DNA from: Camelus ferus
Taxonomy: Eukaryota
Length of the DNA: 64,000 bases
Direction of reading: 5' to 3'
Assembly: GCF_009834535.1 (NCBI RefSeq)
Contig: NC_045707.1
Coordinates: 53,384,001 to 53,448,000 of the forward strand
How positions within the stretch are numbered: the stretch's first letter is position 1; every line of letters begins with the position of its first letter. Below the pieces are notes generated by a model that saw only the letters and a program-made list of their open reading frames with translations, was not told the DNA's origin and searched no databases. Positions 48,391 through 63,023 of this stretch are shown piece by piece. A program made the position numbers and the translations under genes.

Positions 48391-50967
48391 TGACAGAAAC
48401 TGTAGGAAAGCAGAGGCAAGTCTAAGCAAGCTGAGCAGGACTGTCCTGGTGCCCCACGCAGCTGCCCTCACCTGCAGCATCTCAGGAGCAGCGGCCCTCC
48501 CCTTCAGCTCACGCGGGGAACAGCCCAGCGGTTACCCGGGGTCAAAAATGCACTTTCCAGCTATGTCACAATTACAAATTCTACTGCTTATAAAAATACT
48601 TTACAGCATTAACAGCTGGCCGTGAGTATGTAGTAACTCAGAGCATGTGTTCCAAGGAGGAACAATTCTACACATTTTAAGAGCAAAGTTTAAAAATGTA
48701 CAAAGTGCCCTAGGTAACCATATAAATGCCTCTAATCTCAAGGCATTCTACTTTTTATATTTTTTGTTTTTCTGGGTTTGTTTTGCTTTTATTTTAAAGA
48801 AGACTTTAAATCTATTAGGCTGCCGTCACCATTTTCAGAAACCTCCCTACATTTCACAGGTCCTTCACTGGACTGATAGTCTTTAATAACAAATTTGGTT
48901 TAATGTATTTAGATCATAGCAAGTCTAAGTGGTTTTTAAAAAATATTTTATTTATTTTGATTGAAGTATAGTTAATTTACAACGCTGTATTAAAATCTAA
49001 GTTTTAAAAAGTTCTCATTAATTTCTTTATGCAAGCACTTCATTGTTCAGGAGGAAGATCAATCCGCCTGGCAAGGAGAGAAGACCTACCAGCAGCTAGA
49101 CAGCTGCTGCAGGCAGGGACTGGTCTGGACCCGAGTTCCCGCGGCAGCAGGAAGAGCAAGCACTGGCGCTGTCTCACAGGCGAGATGACTAATGCTCAGG
49201 GAGGTAAGGCAGTCTGCCCAAAGCGACAGCGCTAGTAGGTAAAGGGCTGGGGCTGGAACCTGATCAGACTTGCACCAAAGCCCATATTCCTAAGCCCCAT
49301 AAATCCTGCCCTAACGTGATGCCTCAGCCAAAGGTGAAGAGTGAAACACTGCTCCTGCGTGTCCTCCAGCCCTCATGTTCGCCCACTGCGACAGGTAAAC
49401 TTACAGGGCCAGTGCCAAGGAAGGAAACCTGCACTGTCTTTCAAAAGGTGGTGACTGTCGTGGGTCTATTTATAGACAAGAATGAACAATAGCATTCCTG
49501 CTATACTACTCTCGTTTGTAGTATAAAAGTAGCCTGCTGCTGTCGCAGTTAATGCAGCGTAGTATGATAGTTGCAAATATCACTGATTTAAAGCAAAGCT
49601 GAAAACCAAAGAGAATGAAAAACACATTCCCAGCGGCTCCTGCTCACCAGGAAAGCGGCTGCACGCCCTTCCCCGGGGCCTCTCTGTGCTTCAGGTTCAG
49701 CTCTAATAACCCTGGGAAACCTGCCTGTTTCTGCTGCGACCAAATGCAGAAATTAACTATTTTTGAGCGTTCCAAAGACACAGAATTTATGATACAAAAA
49801 ATTATGCCAAACACGTAAGCAATTCTAAAATACCACAAAAATCCTCCTTCCAAAATATAGGGCCCAGAGCACTTCGTTGCTGGTAGATTAGACTGGTTAC
49901 GTTAACCTAAAATAATTCGGGGATTTACGGTTTATAAAAGCACGTTCTGTGTAGTTTAAATAATCCACAGGCCAGTTAGGTGAGACTACAGGACTACATG
50001 CAGTGCCGCTCTCCGGACCTCAGGACAAGCATGCGGTCGGTGCTTGTGGATCCCTAACCCTAACCCTCGGCCTGATTCGGGACGACCGTCCAGTGAGGTG
50101 GAGATGGAGAGGCTGGGGGAAGACAGGCAGAGGGAGGCTCACGTGACTGTGTGTGTGATGACAGACAGGCAACACTGAGCGCCAGAGTCCATTTGCCAGC
50201 CAAACGACAGCAACTACTATTGTGTACACCCCAAATGAAATGGGAGGACCCCCCAGAAAACACAATGTAGCCACGCTAGTAAAACCTTCCCAAGACCTCA
50301 GGCTATAAGGAAGCATAAAAGCCGCACCAGACAACTCATACACAAGTGAGGGAGCGCCAAGAGGGGGAGAGTCTGCCGCACCTGACCCAGGAGCCCCGTG
50401 AGAAAGGGCTGCTCTCACCAGGAGAGCAGCCCGGGAAGGGCAGAGGCCTCCCTCACACTGCGCTCGAGCTCCCCCACTTTCTTGCTTGTCCTCTGCGAGC
50501 ACAGCCGCTGCCCCTGTCCACTCTACAACCCGGCGCAGGTGAAGAACCTCATCCTAACTTTCCCTTCCTCACCTGTTCAGTGGGCGGGCACTTCCCAAAC
50601 TGAAGAAATGCTTAAAAAAAAAAAAAAAGCACATTCCAAGCAATCTTTGATTCTGACTGCCCACCATCTCTCTCCCTCTCCGCTACTGTCCTGGTTACCT
50701 GTGGAGCGCTCCCTCTGCCCTGGACGCAGTCTGGTGGGACAACTCATCAGGCCCGAGCCCACCCACAGCCAGGACGTGCGCACACGCCCTAAGCTGGGCC
50801 CAGTGGATGCAGAAGGCTTCAAGTGATCCGAGCAGCACAATAACTAATCATGTCAAACGGCTCCGCTTCTCGGCGTGGGAGGGGTCGAGAACACATCCCC
50901 CCGCCCAGGGTGCACAGAGGCACAGCCCTGTCGCCTGCCTCCCCAGCGGGCTCCTTGGAGGCCTCAC

Positions 50968-51136
50968 CTGAGCGGCTCATGCTCTGGGCCCACGTCCGTG
51001 AAGCCCAGCTCCTCCAGCTTGCAGCGCCTGTACAGCTCGTAGTGCCTGGTGTGGGTCTGATCCCGCAGATCCTCCATGTTTGTGCAAAGCAGCATCTCCC
51101 GGAGCTTGACAAAGTCACAGTGGTTCTCATTCTCCA
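50968..51136 (-). CDS. SEPTIN10: Septin-10 coding exon (approx. exon 8)
   Basis: Encodes (V)[55 protein letters not shown](S). ctag| acceptor, AG|GTGAG donor. Confidence 0.96.
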
Positions 51137-52194
51137 CTAGCCAGGAGAACAGAAACACAACACCAGTTCATAATCCTGACACACAGTGAGCAAACAAAAA
51201 CACATCTGAAGTGACAGCAAAATGATCAGTGTGATTAACAGCTACCGTTGTTTCATGCAAGTAACCAAGGAAGCAACTCATGTCACACACACCAAGTTAC
51301 AGGGACTGCTGATTAACAGACCAGGTTTGCTCAAATTCAGTAGCCAAGGATAAACAGGAAATAGGAGAGAAATACATTCACTCTGTACAATCTGCTCCAA
51401 TGATTTCACTAATGTTTTGTTAGCAGTTTACAAACCATCCTCAGGACACTTCACACAGCACCTGAGAGTGTGTAATGATATTCCACCAAAACTTCTAGGT
51501 GGTAAATTCTGCACAGCCAAGAACACCATCTGTGTGTGCCGTACCTATCCAGTTCTGGCCACACAATGCCACATTCGTGAGCCTGCGTCAGATACGGTAC
51601 TGTGACCAGCAGTTTTAAGCACAATCATTACTTTACATTAAAAATCTTAAGTTTTGTCAATTTTTAAATTACAAAATTTGTCAATTTTAAAAGCAGCAGC
51701 ACTGTGAGACCAGCCCCAGCAGGGTGGCCCACTCCCCGTTAGCTGGCAGTGTGAGTGGATGAGCCAGGCAGTGCTGGTTATCTACTCATTATAAAGCTAG
51801 ATAAATTCTAACATTTTTAGCTGGTGGACTCGTTTGGGAAATAGTTGGCAATACTTTGATGAGTAAAAATATATAAATTTACAGGGTGGTTTATTGTGCC
51901 CCAGAATTATCTGGTAATTAGTTTATGTACTATGTTTAAACAATACTATTTACACTCAGATTTTGTTCAAAGTACCCAACCAGCCCTTCCCATCTTCTGA
52001 AAGTCTTGGCGCGCCTGGGCAGGTAACATGGTGTCACACAGGAAGTGGGGAGGCTCTGCCTAGCCTTTATACACGTGGCTAAAACAGAACACAGCCAACT
52101 CTTCTGACAGCCAATCAGATCCCAAGATGAGCATCACCTCCAGGAAGGCATGAAGTGCAGCTATGACCTGCGGGCTGCTGCTCGCCTCCTTTAC

Positions 52195-52291
52195 CTTGTA
52201 CGATGCCCCAAGGGTACTGGCGGGCTTTGACCATCTTATTTCCAACTTTCACCTCATCCATGCTTCCTACCACAGCAAATGGCAGATGTCC
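52195..52291 (-). CDS. SEPTIN10: Septin-10 coding exon (approx. exon 7; septin unique element)
   Basis: Encodes [32 protein letters not shown]. ttccag| acceptor, G|GTAAAG donor. Confidence 0.96.
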
Positions 52292-53159
52292 CTGGAAAGG
52301 AGCCAGGATGTCAATCACACCTCATCCCAACGTTTTATGAAAACGGAGAAGAGAAAATTTATTAAATAACAAATTTACTAAAGTCAAATGATCTGCTGTG
52401 CCTCAGGTTTTAACACTCGCCCTGTGAATATATGCCAGCTGTTCTACAGAGTCATTTTCAGTCATCTCTCCTACAGAGAAAATCTTTACTGAGCCTGCCC
52501 TGCATGATCCCTTATTAGCCACAAGAGTACAGAACAGAAAGAATTCCAGCACAGGTGTCATTTCCCTCCGTGTCACCTCTGCCCTGAAAGACAGAGAAAA
52601 TGTTGAGGCAATCGCACACACACTCTATGACTCAAGTACGTGTCTGTATTCTGTGTATGCACACATATATGCTAAGCAAAGTAAATGCAGAAATTAAGAG
52701 GAGTGAGCAATCCCTGTGGGCGGGAAGACACAACCCAAACTGCATGCGTCAAGCAGAGGAGGAAGCAGCAACAGTAAGGAGACGACTCTGAAGAGACACA
52801 GCAGCTCGACTGGCCGGCAGTGAGAAGACCGTCCTGCCTGAAGCTGAGGATTAACGTCAGGGAAAAGTCTAATGTCATTTTTGAAAAAGTCTTAAGTATT
52901 ATGTTTAATATATAATAATTCACAATATTTAGTCTCTTCATTGTGTCCTTCTGAAAGCTTATTCCAGGTCAGCATAAAAAATAAAATTAGTTCTAAAGTC
53001 AATTTAACACACGGGAATTAATATCACTACACTTACATTAGTCAACTTTTTATGTATTTAGTTTAAGTTTCTAATGTAAACAAAGTATGAAAAAAATCAG
53101 AGAAGCAAAAGAGGAGAATTGGAACGAGCAGGTGCTGATTGTCACCATGTCAGGCAGTG

Positions 53160-53300
53160 AACAAAGTTGTATCCTGACAACAACCCTGAAGACAGGTGTT
53201 ATTAACCCAATTTTATAGATAAGTTAACAGTCTAGGGAGGCTAATAACTCCCACAAGAATGTATGGTTAAGTCTATCTGACTCCAAAACCCATGATCCTT
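53160..53300. mobile_element. MIR fragment
   Basis: atcctgacaacaaccctgaagacaggtgttattaacccaattttatagataag...tctgactccaaaaccca. Confidence 0.65.
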
Positions 53301-53847
53301 CAAAATAACCTAGTATTTAAGAAATCTAGTAGTCTGGAGAAAGTGACCCAAAGGACTCAGTCATCTTCGATCATATTAACTTTTGTGTAATTATAAACTA
53401 CACTAAAGCATATGTCACATTAAAATGTTATGTGAATGATTCATATTTATGTGTGACTCTGTAAGGCTTAAATACTCGATTAGAAAGCTCTCAAAGATTT
53501 TAAGACCCTGAAGCACCCCAAGGGAGGCTGTAAGTCTTCTCGTGTTCTCACAGACAGGACAGAAAGGCACCGCTCTAAGGCAGCTGAGTACAGTTCCATA
53601 AAAGGTGAACCGCAGTCTCACAAGTACACCACTTTATTTAGGTGAAAGTAGGAGGAAAGAAAAAATGCTCAAAAACGTATTCTCATTATACTTTTCCAAC
53701 TCTAGAAAATAAAACATTTTCCTATACTGCGCTTTTGCAGAGTTCACCTTGTTTTGGAAGACACAAGTGAAAACATATTAGTAGCGATGTTACTTACACG
53801 TTACTTTTTTCAAATGTAAAACAATGAACATTCACTTAGGAGCTTAC

Positions 53848-54009
53848 ATTCATTGAAGCATTGATTTTGGCAATAGTTTCATCATCTGTTGGGAACTGGT
53901 ATATCTGAACACCGTTGCTGACCAGTTCACTCATGAGCTTGATCTTAAACTTCTGTAATTCAGTTTTAGAAATTGCATCTGCTTTGGCAATCACTGGTAT
54001 AATGTTCAC
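53848..54009 (-). CDS. SEPTIN10: Septin-10 coding exon (approx. exon 6; G4 AKAD)
   Basis: Encodes [54 protein letters not shown]. taatag| acceptor, AAT|GTAAG donor. Confidence 0.96.
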
Positions 54010-54120
54010 CTATTAAGAATAAAGAAAAACAAAAATCTCACGATTGAGGACTTATTTTTTAATCCTGTAGTTTTTTCATTCAAAGCCACTCAGTCTCTGA
54101 CAGATCTCCCTGACCTGGAT

Positions 54121-54330
54121 CAGGGGACGGGCAAACCATGGTCCGCTCACTGCGTATTTATATAAACCAAGATTTACTGGAACACAGGCTCACTCACACA
54201 TGTCACATACTGCCCATGGCCACTTTCACTCCATAACAGCAGAATCAGCGGTTACATCAGAGGCCCATGGCCTGTGAGGCCTGCAGCATTCACTACCTGG
54301 CCCTTCACAGGAAGAGCTTGCCGACTCCTG
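54121..54330 (+). mobile_element. MER58A-like hAT-Charlie element
   Basis: CAGGGGACGGGCAAAC ... CTTGCCGACTCCTG termini; tttactggaacacag; ctggcccttcacagga. Confidence 0.75.
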
Positions 54331-56632
54331 AGGTAGAATCACTTGGCTTCATTCTTACCAACATGGCGTCAAAAGGAGGAAATTTTACAGATACCAAGGG
54401 AGAGTGTTCATGGCTCAAAAGAGTAACTTTCTTAGCATTATTTGAAAGTTCTATCACTGGCCAGAGAAGAAGGGATCTGGGTCATGAAGAACAACTAACC
54501 TGCAAAGCTAGTTCTATGAGATTAATGTCCCAACCAAAGATTGGTGTCTCCACAAACTCATCTGTAGGGTTTTTGTTTTTTGGTTATTTATTAGCTTATT
54601 TTTAGTAAAAAGCTTCAGGCTAAGTAGTCATGTCAAGAAAGTGAGCTATCAATGTAATTTCCAGAATGAAAGTGAAAACTAGAAATCAGAATTCCAACTC
54701 TATTCTTAAATATCTTTTTTTCTCCAAATTCACACTGATTTGCTGTGTTTATTTGGATTTATTAGTCTTAAGTATGTTCCAAAGGAGATAAAGGTTTTTC
54801 CAACTATCCATGAAAAGCACTTTTCAGCAACTGTGGGTAAACAGCTTTCACATTAAATTAGTCAAAGTACATAAAAACTTGCTGCCAAGTTCTTGATTTC
54901 TGTATCCTACACGCAGACGTTCAGAAAGTTCAGTAACAGCTCATAACTGATTCCAAGTCAGCAGCAGCAGCAGGCGGTGTAAGCACTGGAGACTGAGTTT
55001 CACCTGCAGAGGCATCTGCTTCCATGACATCCCTCCTGCACGAGCGCACCGCAGCTGGAGTACACGGCTGCCAGCTCAGTCAGGCAGGGAACCAGGCCCC
55101 ACCCCCACCCCGGGGGCCCCCCTTGCAGAGAGCGTACATGACCGAGCCGGCAGTGTACGCTTCTCCCTTCCCATGCCCCAGTTCCCACTCTGGTTGGTGC
55201 TTTACATTTGCCAACAAAGACTGAAACCCCAGAGGGCCCCCTCCAACCCTGATCCAGGCAGAGCTCAGTTTCGAACACCCCTCCTCCCTCCTTTCTCCCC
55301 TCCACCCGCTGTGTGGCCCCAAGTATGCTGTGTACCCTCCAGGACCCGTGAGGAACAATCTTTGCTTCTCAAAGCCCCCTGATGCTTGTTGCTGGATGCG
55401 TCCCGGGATCTTAAGGACCAGGGAGGCTGGCTCAGCTGCGACCGTGGCCCTGGTGGTCGGGGAGGGCGTGTGGGGCTTGTGGTGAGTAAACACAGGCACG
55501 GACCACCTCGCGTCCCCAGCCAAGCATGTTACCATCAGTGGGCGGGAGGATATCACAGACTGAATGCTGAGTGTGAGGGTCATTTAAGCATGGGGGCGGG
55601 GACGTTTCTGGTGTCCCCGCTGATGGGTGACCTCCACATGGAGCAGTAGGAGTGTTCAAGAAGAAGACAAACTATCATTTTAATATATCCTCACACCTGC
55701 CCTTGGGTAGGTACTCTCCTGGTTTTTATTTTAGAGGTGAGGAAAGAGGCTTGGAAGGGTAAGGAAACTTGCCAAGAACACAGGGCGCTTAAGGAACAGA
55801 GATGGCCTCCAGCAACACCAGATAGACTGCACCGTGTTGCCTCTGTCTCCCTGAGACAAAGCTGCACACTCCTGTGTTTACGTTCCCCTAGTGAGTTCGG
55901 ATTTCCGTGTAATTAGACTCAACTATGACAGTAACTGGCTAAATGGCCAGACCATCAGGTGAATAGACTCTCACACAAGCTTCATCAAGGTTTCAGGGAA
56001 TCAGCCTCTGCGCCAAGGCCACCCCAGCTGGCCGTCTGCCTCCACATGACTTCTGCACAGAATCCTGTCTCACAGGACGCTCAGCCAGGATTCTGGCGGT
56101 CACAGGGCAACCCTCAAGATTTTTTTAGTATAAGACAGTAGTCTTTATCTTTCATACAAATAAAAAAATCTAAAGTGAGTTAATTTGTGGATACTATTTT
56201 TTTAAATAGCTCCCCGAATTTATATATAGCTTGTTGGCTCAGAAATTCAAAAACAGGTTTTCTGGATAAGGTTCAAATTAAAACATAATTTACTATAATA
56301 TATGATGACACATTAGACCTTGATCTTCATCAGTGAACTTCTTCTCAATAGTATCATAAAGTAAAATTTTTATCAAATAAATTCTGTATCTAAGAAAATG
56401 AACATGAATACCCATACTCTGGCATGCAATTTAATCACTAAAAAAGGACTGAAATTTTATGTTAATGATTTTTCTTTGCATCTCATCTCTCAAACTCAGT
56501 TTCTCTGGAACATAACCAAATGTTTCAAAAGTGCACAGAATAAACCAGCTATGATACACGTATAGACCAGAAAGGCACTTAATAGTTGAGAGTAAACGCT
56601 GAGCATGAGGAGCCGCCCCTTCCCAAGCCTAC

Positions 56633-56819
56633 CTTGCTGTCAAGGCTCTTCATGGTCAGTAGATCCAGGGTCTTGAGGGAGTGGCCCGTCGGCGAGATGA
56701 AGTACAGGCACACGTGGATGCGGGAGTCATGGTAGTTAAACAGAGAGCGCTTAATCTTCAGTTCTTCTTGGAGATAGGCCTCAAACTGAGCATCTATGTA
56801 GTCAACTATCGGTTGGTAG
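56633..56819 (-). CDS. SEPTIN10: Septin-10 coding exon (approx. exon 5)
   Basis: Encodes (S)[62 protein letters not shown]. ttccag| acceptor, AAG|GTAGG donor. Not listed in the ORF track; read by hand. Confidence 0.96.
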
Positions 56820-58261
56820 CTGGAAAAAAATTATTAAATATTTGATACAATGTATTCATGACTCCTTAATAAAGTATTTGCTCAAATCTAAGTCTGAGAT
56901 CTCTATTTTCAGCAATGAACAAACCATTGATATCTACGCTAAACAGGTAACTTCAGTAACAAAACATACTGTGCAGAATGCACAGGTACAAAGGCAGTTA
57001 CTCTGAAACCATCAAGACAAACGAGCTTTAAATCACGTTACAGAAACAACACTGAACGTACACTGACTGCCCCTCACACTCATCCTCACACTGGGTCCCT
57101 GCCGGCAGGGGTCCCCACCTCCCTCACACTCTGAAGGAGGATAGGCAGGTGTCCAGCTGCAGCCAAACTGGAGAGAGAAAAGGCATGAGAATCAACAACT
57201 CACAAGACATTAAGGTCAAATTCCATGACAGCCTGCTTCTTCAATCAGGTGTGTGGGGCACGGACAGCCCTAAGGTCGTGAGGAGAGAAGGCACACACAG
57301 CTGGTGAGGCAGGCGACTCTCCTCGCTCACTGACAAGCGCAGGAAGCACATGGCACACCACGCCTGGCACGCAGAGCCCTTGCCCGGCTCCATCCTGCCT
57401 GGCTCGCCTGCCCCACGGCTGCTCCACACTCATCCTCTAAGATGCACTCACCTCACAGTGCACACAGGGCCGCATAGAGTCTGTGAGCCGTGCACTTCAC
57501 CTCAACTTGCTACGCTTAACCATCCTCATCAGGCACATCTGGGTTTCCAAGCGAGAAAAGCAGCAGAGATCCTCTGTCAAATCCCTGGACCGTGTACACT
57601 TTCGTACGTGCAAGCCCCAAAAGAAGAAGCACCTGTGCAGCTGGGGTGCTAACAAAGTGGTGCTGGGGGCACGCCAGCCTCCTGGTCCTCAAGGGCTGTC
57701 ACCTCCTTCCTCCACATTCACAGTCCCTGCTGTCCCCACACAGACGGCACGCATGTGAGGACACACTGTCTCACACTTCCATGCCCTCCACAGCAACCAG
57801 CGTACCGCCAGCACACCAGATGCACGATCAGGAACACCGTCCTAGGGAAACTGGCCTAAATGTGACCCAACACGGCTCCCTCCACAGAACAATGAAACAG
57901 TAAAAACTAATCTGTAAGTAAGTACATATTTGTCGTAAAATTTCCAAAGAAGATTTTATTATTGACTTAAAATAGATCATTAATAAACAGCCATAAATGT
58001 TCCTCTGTCTAAATGCTTTGCTTAACGCTTGTCATAAATGAAAACCCTTGTTTGTTAAGTAAGCGCTGCACCACTAGGCACTCTGCACCAGAAACCCCAG
58101 CTGCCGTGTCCGGTACACTGCAGACTCTCTTCAATGAAGTGAAAGACACTGGCTTAAAACATAAAAATCACCTCCTTTTTCAAAGTACTCGTGAAGGGAA
58201 AGGAGGTAACCAGGTTGACAGTGAGGAGAGCAGAAGCAGGGAGGTGAGCAGAGGACCAGAG

Positions 58262-58469
58262 CCGGCTCGGCAAACAGGCCAAAGGCAGCCGCGCGCTGTT
58301 CTGGTGGGTAAAGAGCTGAACTCTGTGAAGCACAGCCGTGCTCCTTTCTTATTCGTTGTCGGTGGCTGCTTTTGTGTTACAAGCAGAGCAGTTTGGACAG
58401 AGGCCATGTGCTGCAAAGCTTGAGACAGTCTCACTCTGGCCTTTACAGAAAGACTGTACCAGCCCCTGC
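58262..58469 (+). mobile_element. MER58A-like hAT-Charlie element (degenerate)
   Basis: cggcaaac...agcacagccgtgctc...ggctgcttttgtgttaca...ctggcctttacagaaa...cagcccctg. Confidence 0.6.
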
Positions 58470-58899
58470 TCTACAAGCACCTGTGCTGGTTTCATCCTGA
58501 GGCCAATTTGTCAGTGTGCATCTTGGGCTTTGCTTCCAAAGGATTCATGGGACAGAGGGAGGAAAGCAAAGTCCAGGCCCGCACGGGTGGGCCTCTGTCG
58601 AGAGACTGCCTCCCCACGCTGCACTGAGGGGCTAAGAGTCCACACCCTCAGTGTGGGATGAGCCACTGGGTAACCTGTGGTTCCTCCCCTCTCCCCAAGG
58701 ATCTGAGCAAGGTTGCCCTGGCACTAAAGGAAGTCGGCAAAATACACGGAAAGGGAAAACCAGCCTCGAGAACTTGTGGACACAGGGTCAACCCTCACAC
58801 ACATCTGCGGCCCAGGTTCACGTGGCCTCTGATTCTGGGAACCTCAAGCCATGAAACAGGATCCTAAGTATTAATGCCCAGAGGGACCCAACGTAAGCA

Positions 58900-61800
58900 A
58901 ATCCAAATCTGCAAATTTGTATCCTTGCAAATAATTTTTCAAAGACTGTGAGAACTACAATTAAAAAATAACCAAGCACATAGGAAAAAAAGCATACAGA
59001 ATGAGAACCAAAGGAAAAAACAAGTATTAGTACAATAACTGCAAAATTTCAATGTACCTGAATTATAAAAAATAGTTACAAAAAGAGACAAAAGAAATAA
59101 AAATAAAAGGCAAACTTGAATGTATGTGCTGGGAATAGTAAAGTAATAAAAAGCGATCCTACAGATATGAATACGAACCACACAGGATGCACAGATTTGA
59201 AAACTACAATAACCAGAATGAAAAATTCATGGATTAGTTTAACAGTATGTTAGACACAGCTAAAAAGAGAATTAGTATACTGGAGGATAAATCAAAACTA
59301 ATTATCTAGAAAGCAAATGAAAGAAAGAAAAAACAGATAAAACTACGGAAGAGAGATTAAGAGTAAGAGACACGGAAGATATAACGAGAGGGGCTAACAC
59401 GTCACCAACTTCAGAGCAAAGGGGCAGGAATCGTATCTGAAGACATGAAGTCTCAGATTTTTCAAAAGAACGATGACTCAGACTCAAGCAGGATAAATTA
59501 TAAATAAATAAAAACCCAGATGTATCATGGTAAAACCGAGAACAACAAAAACAAAGATCTTAAAAAGCACTGAAGGAAAAACAGGAGGGTATTTTCTTAA
59601 GGGGGAAACAGACTGACAGCTGCCTTCTCAGTAGTAAAAGCAGAAGCCAGGAGATAGTGAAATGGTCTCTTCAACGGAGGTAAAGAAAATAACCGTCCAC
59701 CCAGAACTGTATACCCAACTACAAGTATGAGAGTCAAACAGGAAATTTTGATTAAAAGAGTAGTAAATAGTGGCCACATGAAATGATAACGTCTTGTGCA
59801 ATTAAGAAAAGGAGAGAAAACATAAGTTGGGGGCAGGGGAGGTTAATGGAGTTTAACTGTTCAAAATTCCATTTTATTGTCTATTTGTATCATCAAGGAC
59901 AAGTACAAATAATAATCTTAAACTTTGATTAGGTTAGAGATTATGTTTTATAATTTCTAGAGTAACAACTTTAAGAATAGATATCAAGCAAGAAAGGAAA
60001 AAGAAACATGGAACTAGCAATACAAATAGAAAACACAAAATAAAACGGTAAATTTAAAGCCTAAATCCATCAGGAACCTCATTACCTTTGGATAGACTCA
60101 GTGCACAATTAAAAGACAAGCACTGTCGGGGGGATTTTAAAGAGAAAACCATGTGACTGATCAGAAGCACATCTAAGGCACACGTGTGCCCAAAGCCGGG
60201 GCGGAGCAGAACACACCTCCACAAGGGAGGTCAGACAAGGTGAGAAGTCTCTCAACAGGAAAAGGTCACTGCATATGATAAAAGTGTCTCTTTTTCAGGA
60301 TGAAATAAAGGTAGAAATTAAAAATTAATTGAGGGTGGACATACTATATATCAAAATTTGTGAGATGCAGCTAAAGCCATGCTTAGAAGGTCATTTATAA
60401 CCTTAAATGCATTAGGCTGAGAATCAATGAGAAATTCAAGCAAATTAGGTCAGAACTGAAAGAAAGGTAAATTATAAAAGCAGAAATTAATAAAACAGGA
60501 AAAACAAGAAGTATAAAATTGAGGATCAATAAAGCCAAAATTTGAAAAGACCAAGTAAACTGACCACACTTTGTCGAGACTGACCAAGGAGAAGAGAAAT
60601 AAGCACAGATAACCAGCCCCAGGGAAGAGTAGCAGACACCGTACAGACAATGAAGACAATAAAAAGACACTGTAACAGTCACATCTTTAGTAACAATATT
60701 TGGGAATTTGGATCAAATACACAGATTCCTGGAAAAATGTGAATTATCACAACTATCTCAAAAAAAAAACCCTCTAAATTTTCCTATAATCATTAAAGAA
60801 AATTAATTAGTAACTCAGAATCTTTCAGGAAACTCCAGGCCCAGACAGGTTTTATTGGCAAGTTCCACCAATTATGCTAGGGAAAAATAACTGCAATCTT
60901 ACACAAAATTTTCCAGAAAAGAGTGAAAAACTCCCCAAACTCATTTTAGAAGGCTGACATATCTTGATTAAAAAAAAAAAAAAAAGAGTGTAAGAGAAAA
61001 TATCGGTTGAAAACCTCACTTATAGACATAAGATGCAAAAATACTAAAAGGAAAAAAATTAATACAGCACAATATAAAAAGATATAAAATGGTATCAAAG
61101 ATTGCAAGGTTAATTTACCAACAAAAAATTAGTTACTGTAATTCATTTTATTAAAGATTAAAGAAAAGAAATGACATTTTCTCCACAGAATGAAAGAAAA
61201 AAATGCCCACAATCTCCACTGACCCCAAGGGAATCCTGTCAGTCCCACCAGTGCAGTCAGGTATTAAACTGAAGTAAGGAAAAACAGACCACTGCCTTCA
61301 GCCATGACAGAGGCAGGGGACTGGATCTACCCTACACACACCTGGACAAAACACGTGAAATGGGTTTCAGACACAGGACAACCGACATAAAAACTGTCAT
61401 CACGGGGAGTGAAACGAACAGGGAAGCCTCCTGCCCATAGACGAGTCTCCAGGCGCAGCACAGAGACGGGGGCTCAGGGGCCAGGGCGCTGCACCCCATG
61501 GGAGAGAGCTGGGGAGCTGGAGCTGCAGCCGTGCCGGGAGGAAGCACCCACCTGCGGGGCACAAGGGGACAGGCCCAGAGGTGGATGTTTCCTACATGAC
61601 AGTCATGGCGGTGGTTAGAAACTACACAACTGTCAAAATGAACTGAACACTGAGAAAACCAATGCATTTTATTTATTCTATGTAAATTACACATCAATAA
61701 AATGTATTTAAAAAGAAACAAAAAACTAGAAAGGAAGAATATGCCCTTATTTGCAAATTATACTATTACATACATAGAAAACCTAAACAAATTTTGAGAT

Positions 61801-61990
61801 GAATTATTGGAATTAATCAGAGAATTCACAGAAGTTGCTATATGCAAGATCAATTATATTTCCATACACCAAATAACAAATGAAATATTTTTAAGATATC
61901 ATTTACGAGACCATCAAAAATGCCAAAGATCTAAGAATAAATTTAAGTAAAGCTATATCCAACTTCTCTATAGAAGACTATTTAAAAAGC
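58900..61990 (+). mobile_element. Cluster of old L1 fragments (ORF1/ORF2 regions)
   Basis: Very A-rich; aactccaggcccagacaggttttattggcaagttc; tcaaaatttgtgagatgcagctaaagc. Confidence 0.8.
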
Positions 61991-62827
61991 AACATGTCAC
62001 AGGCCTTTGCCTCCTGTACCAAGCTGCTTCTTCCAGAAAGCCCACAGAAATCGTGTTCTGAAATCTAAAGCAGGACACACACATGTGCTGAAAAGGCTGA
62101 CACACAGAGAGAGGCTGGCACATGAAGAGAGTGCAGTGTTTCCCTCTAAAACAAACCTTAGGCAACCAGGAAACTACCTCCTATAATGAAAACATGTATT
62201 TCAGAAAGGAAAAAGAACAAAAAGTCATTGCTTTACCCCAGTCTATTTTCTCTTCTCATAGTTTAAATTTCAAATAGAATCTATAATCAATCTTTATAAT
62301 ACCATGGTAGAAATGAAGAAATAGAAAATATAAACATAAGATAAAATATAAATTAAAATTTCACTGTCAAACCTTTCCTGCAATGCTTAATAATGTACCT
62401 GGCTAATTTGGTTAGAATTACACCAAAAAATCCATGCACCATGGATTTGGCCATTATATATTTGCCATGAATGCCTTGTTTTTTTAAAAATTTTCTCCTC
62501 ACCAAGACAAATCCTACCTGAAAATTAGTACAAATCATTTAATATTCACTGAATTCTCATATCAGGAAATAATTAAAACTACTTTTGCTGAAATACACAC
62601 TTTTAATAATGTGATTCAAATTATTATAAAGGAATTAGGTAACTGAATAGAAAAATGTCAATTTGATAACAAGAACAAAATACTGCTAAAGTACTGAAAA
62701 ATTAAAAGTCTGGGAGGAAAGGCATGAGCAGAAAATCAGCAGAAAAGCAATTCATAGCACGTGGGGCAAGAAGGCAGAGGTCTTGAAATAAGAAAACTCG
62801 GTTTTATTACAAGAGGAAAACACGTAC

Positions 62828-63023
62828 CTCTCTTCTTTGTTTATCTGGTCACCAAAGCCCACTGTATTCACGATGGTCAATTTCAGGCGAACATTACTTT
62901 CCTGGAGTTCATATGTCTGAGCTTTAAGTCTAACATGTGGGTAAAAATGTGAGGACTCATGGTCTTCAAAGTTAGTATTAAACAATGTGTCAATCAACGT
63001 TGATTTTCCAATTCCAGTCTCCC
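62828..63023 (-). CDS. SEPTIN10: Septin-10 coding exon (approx. exon 4; G1/P-loop and G3)
   Basis: Encodes [21 protein letters not shown]...[19 protein letters not shown]. The NTVG form of G3 is what I recall for SEPT10. AG/GT boundaries, 196 nt. Confidence 0.97.

Noticed and set aside
50052..50067. CCCTAACCCTAACCCT as an interstitial telomere
   Set aside because: Fewer than three units; too short to distinguish from chance.
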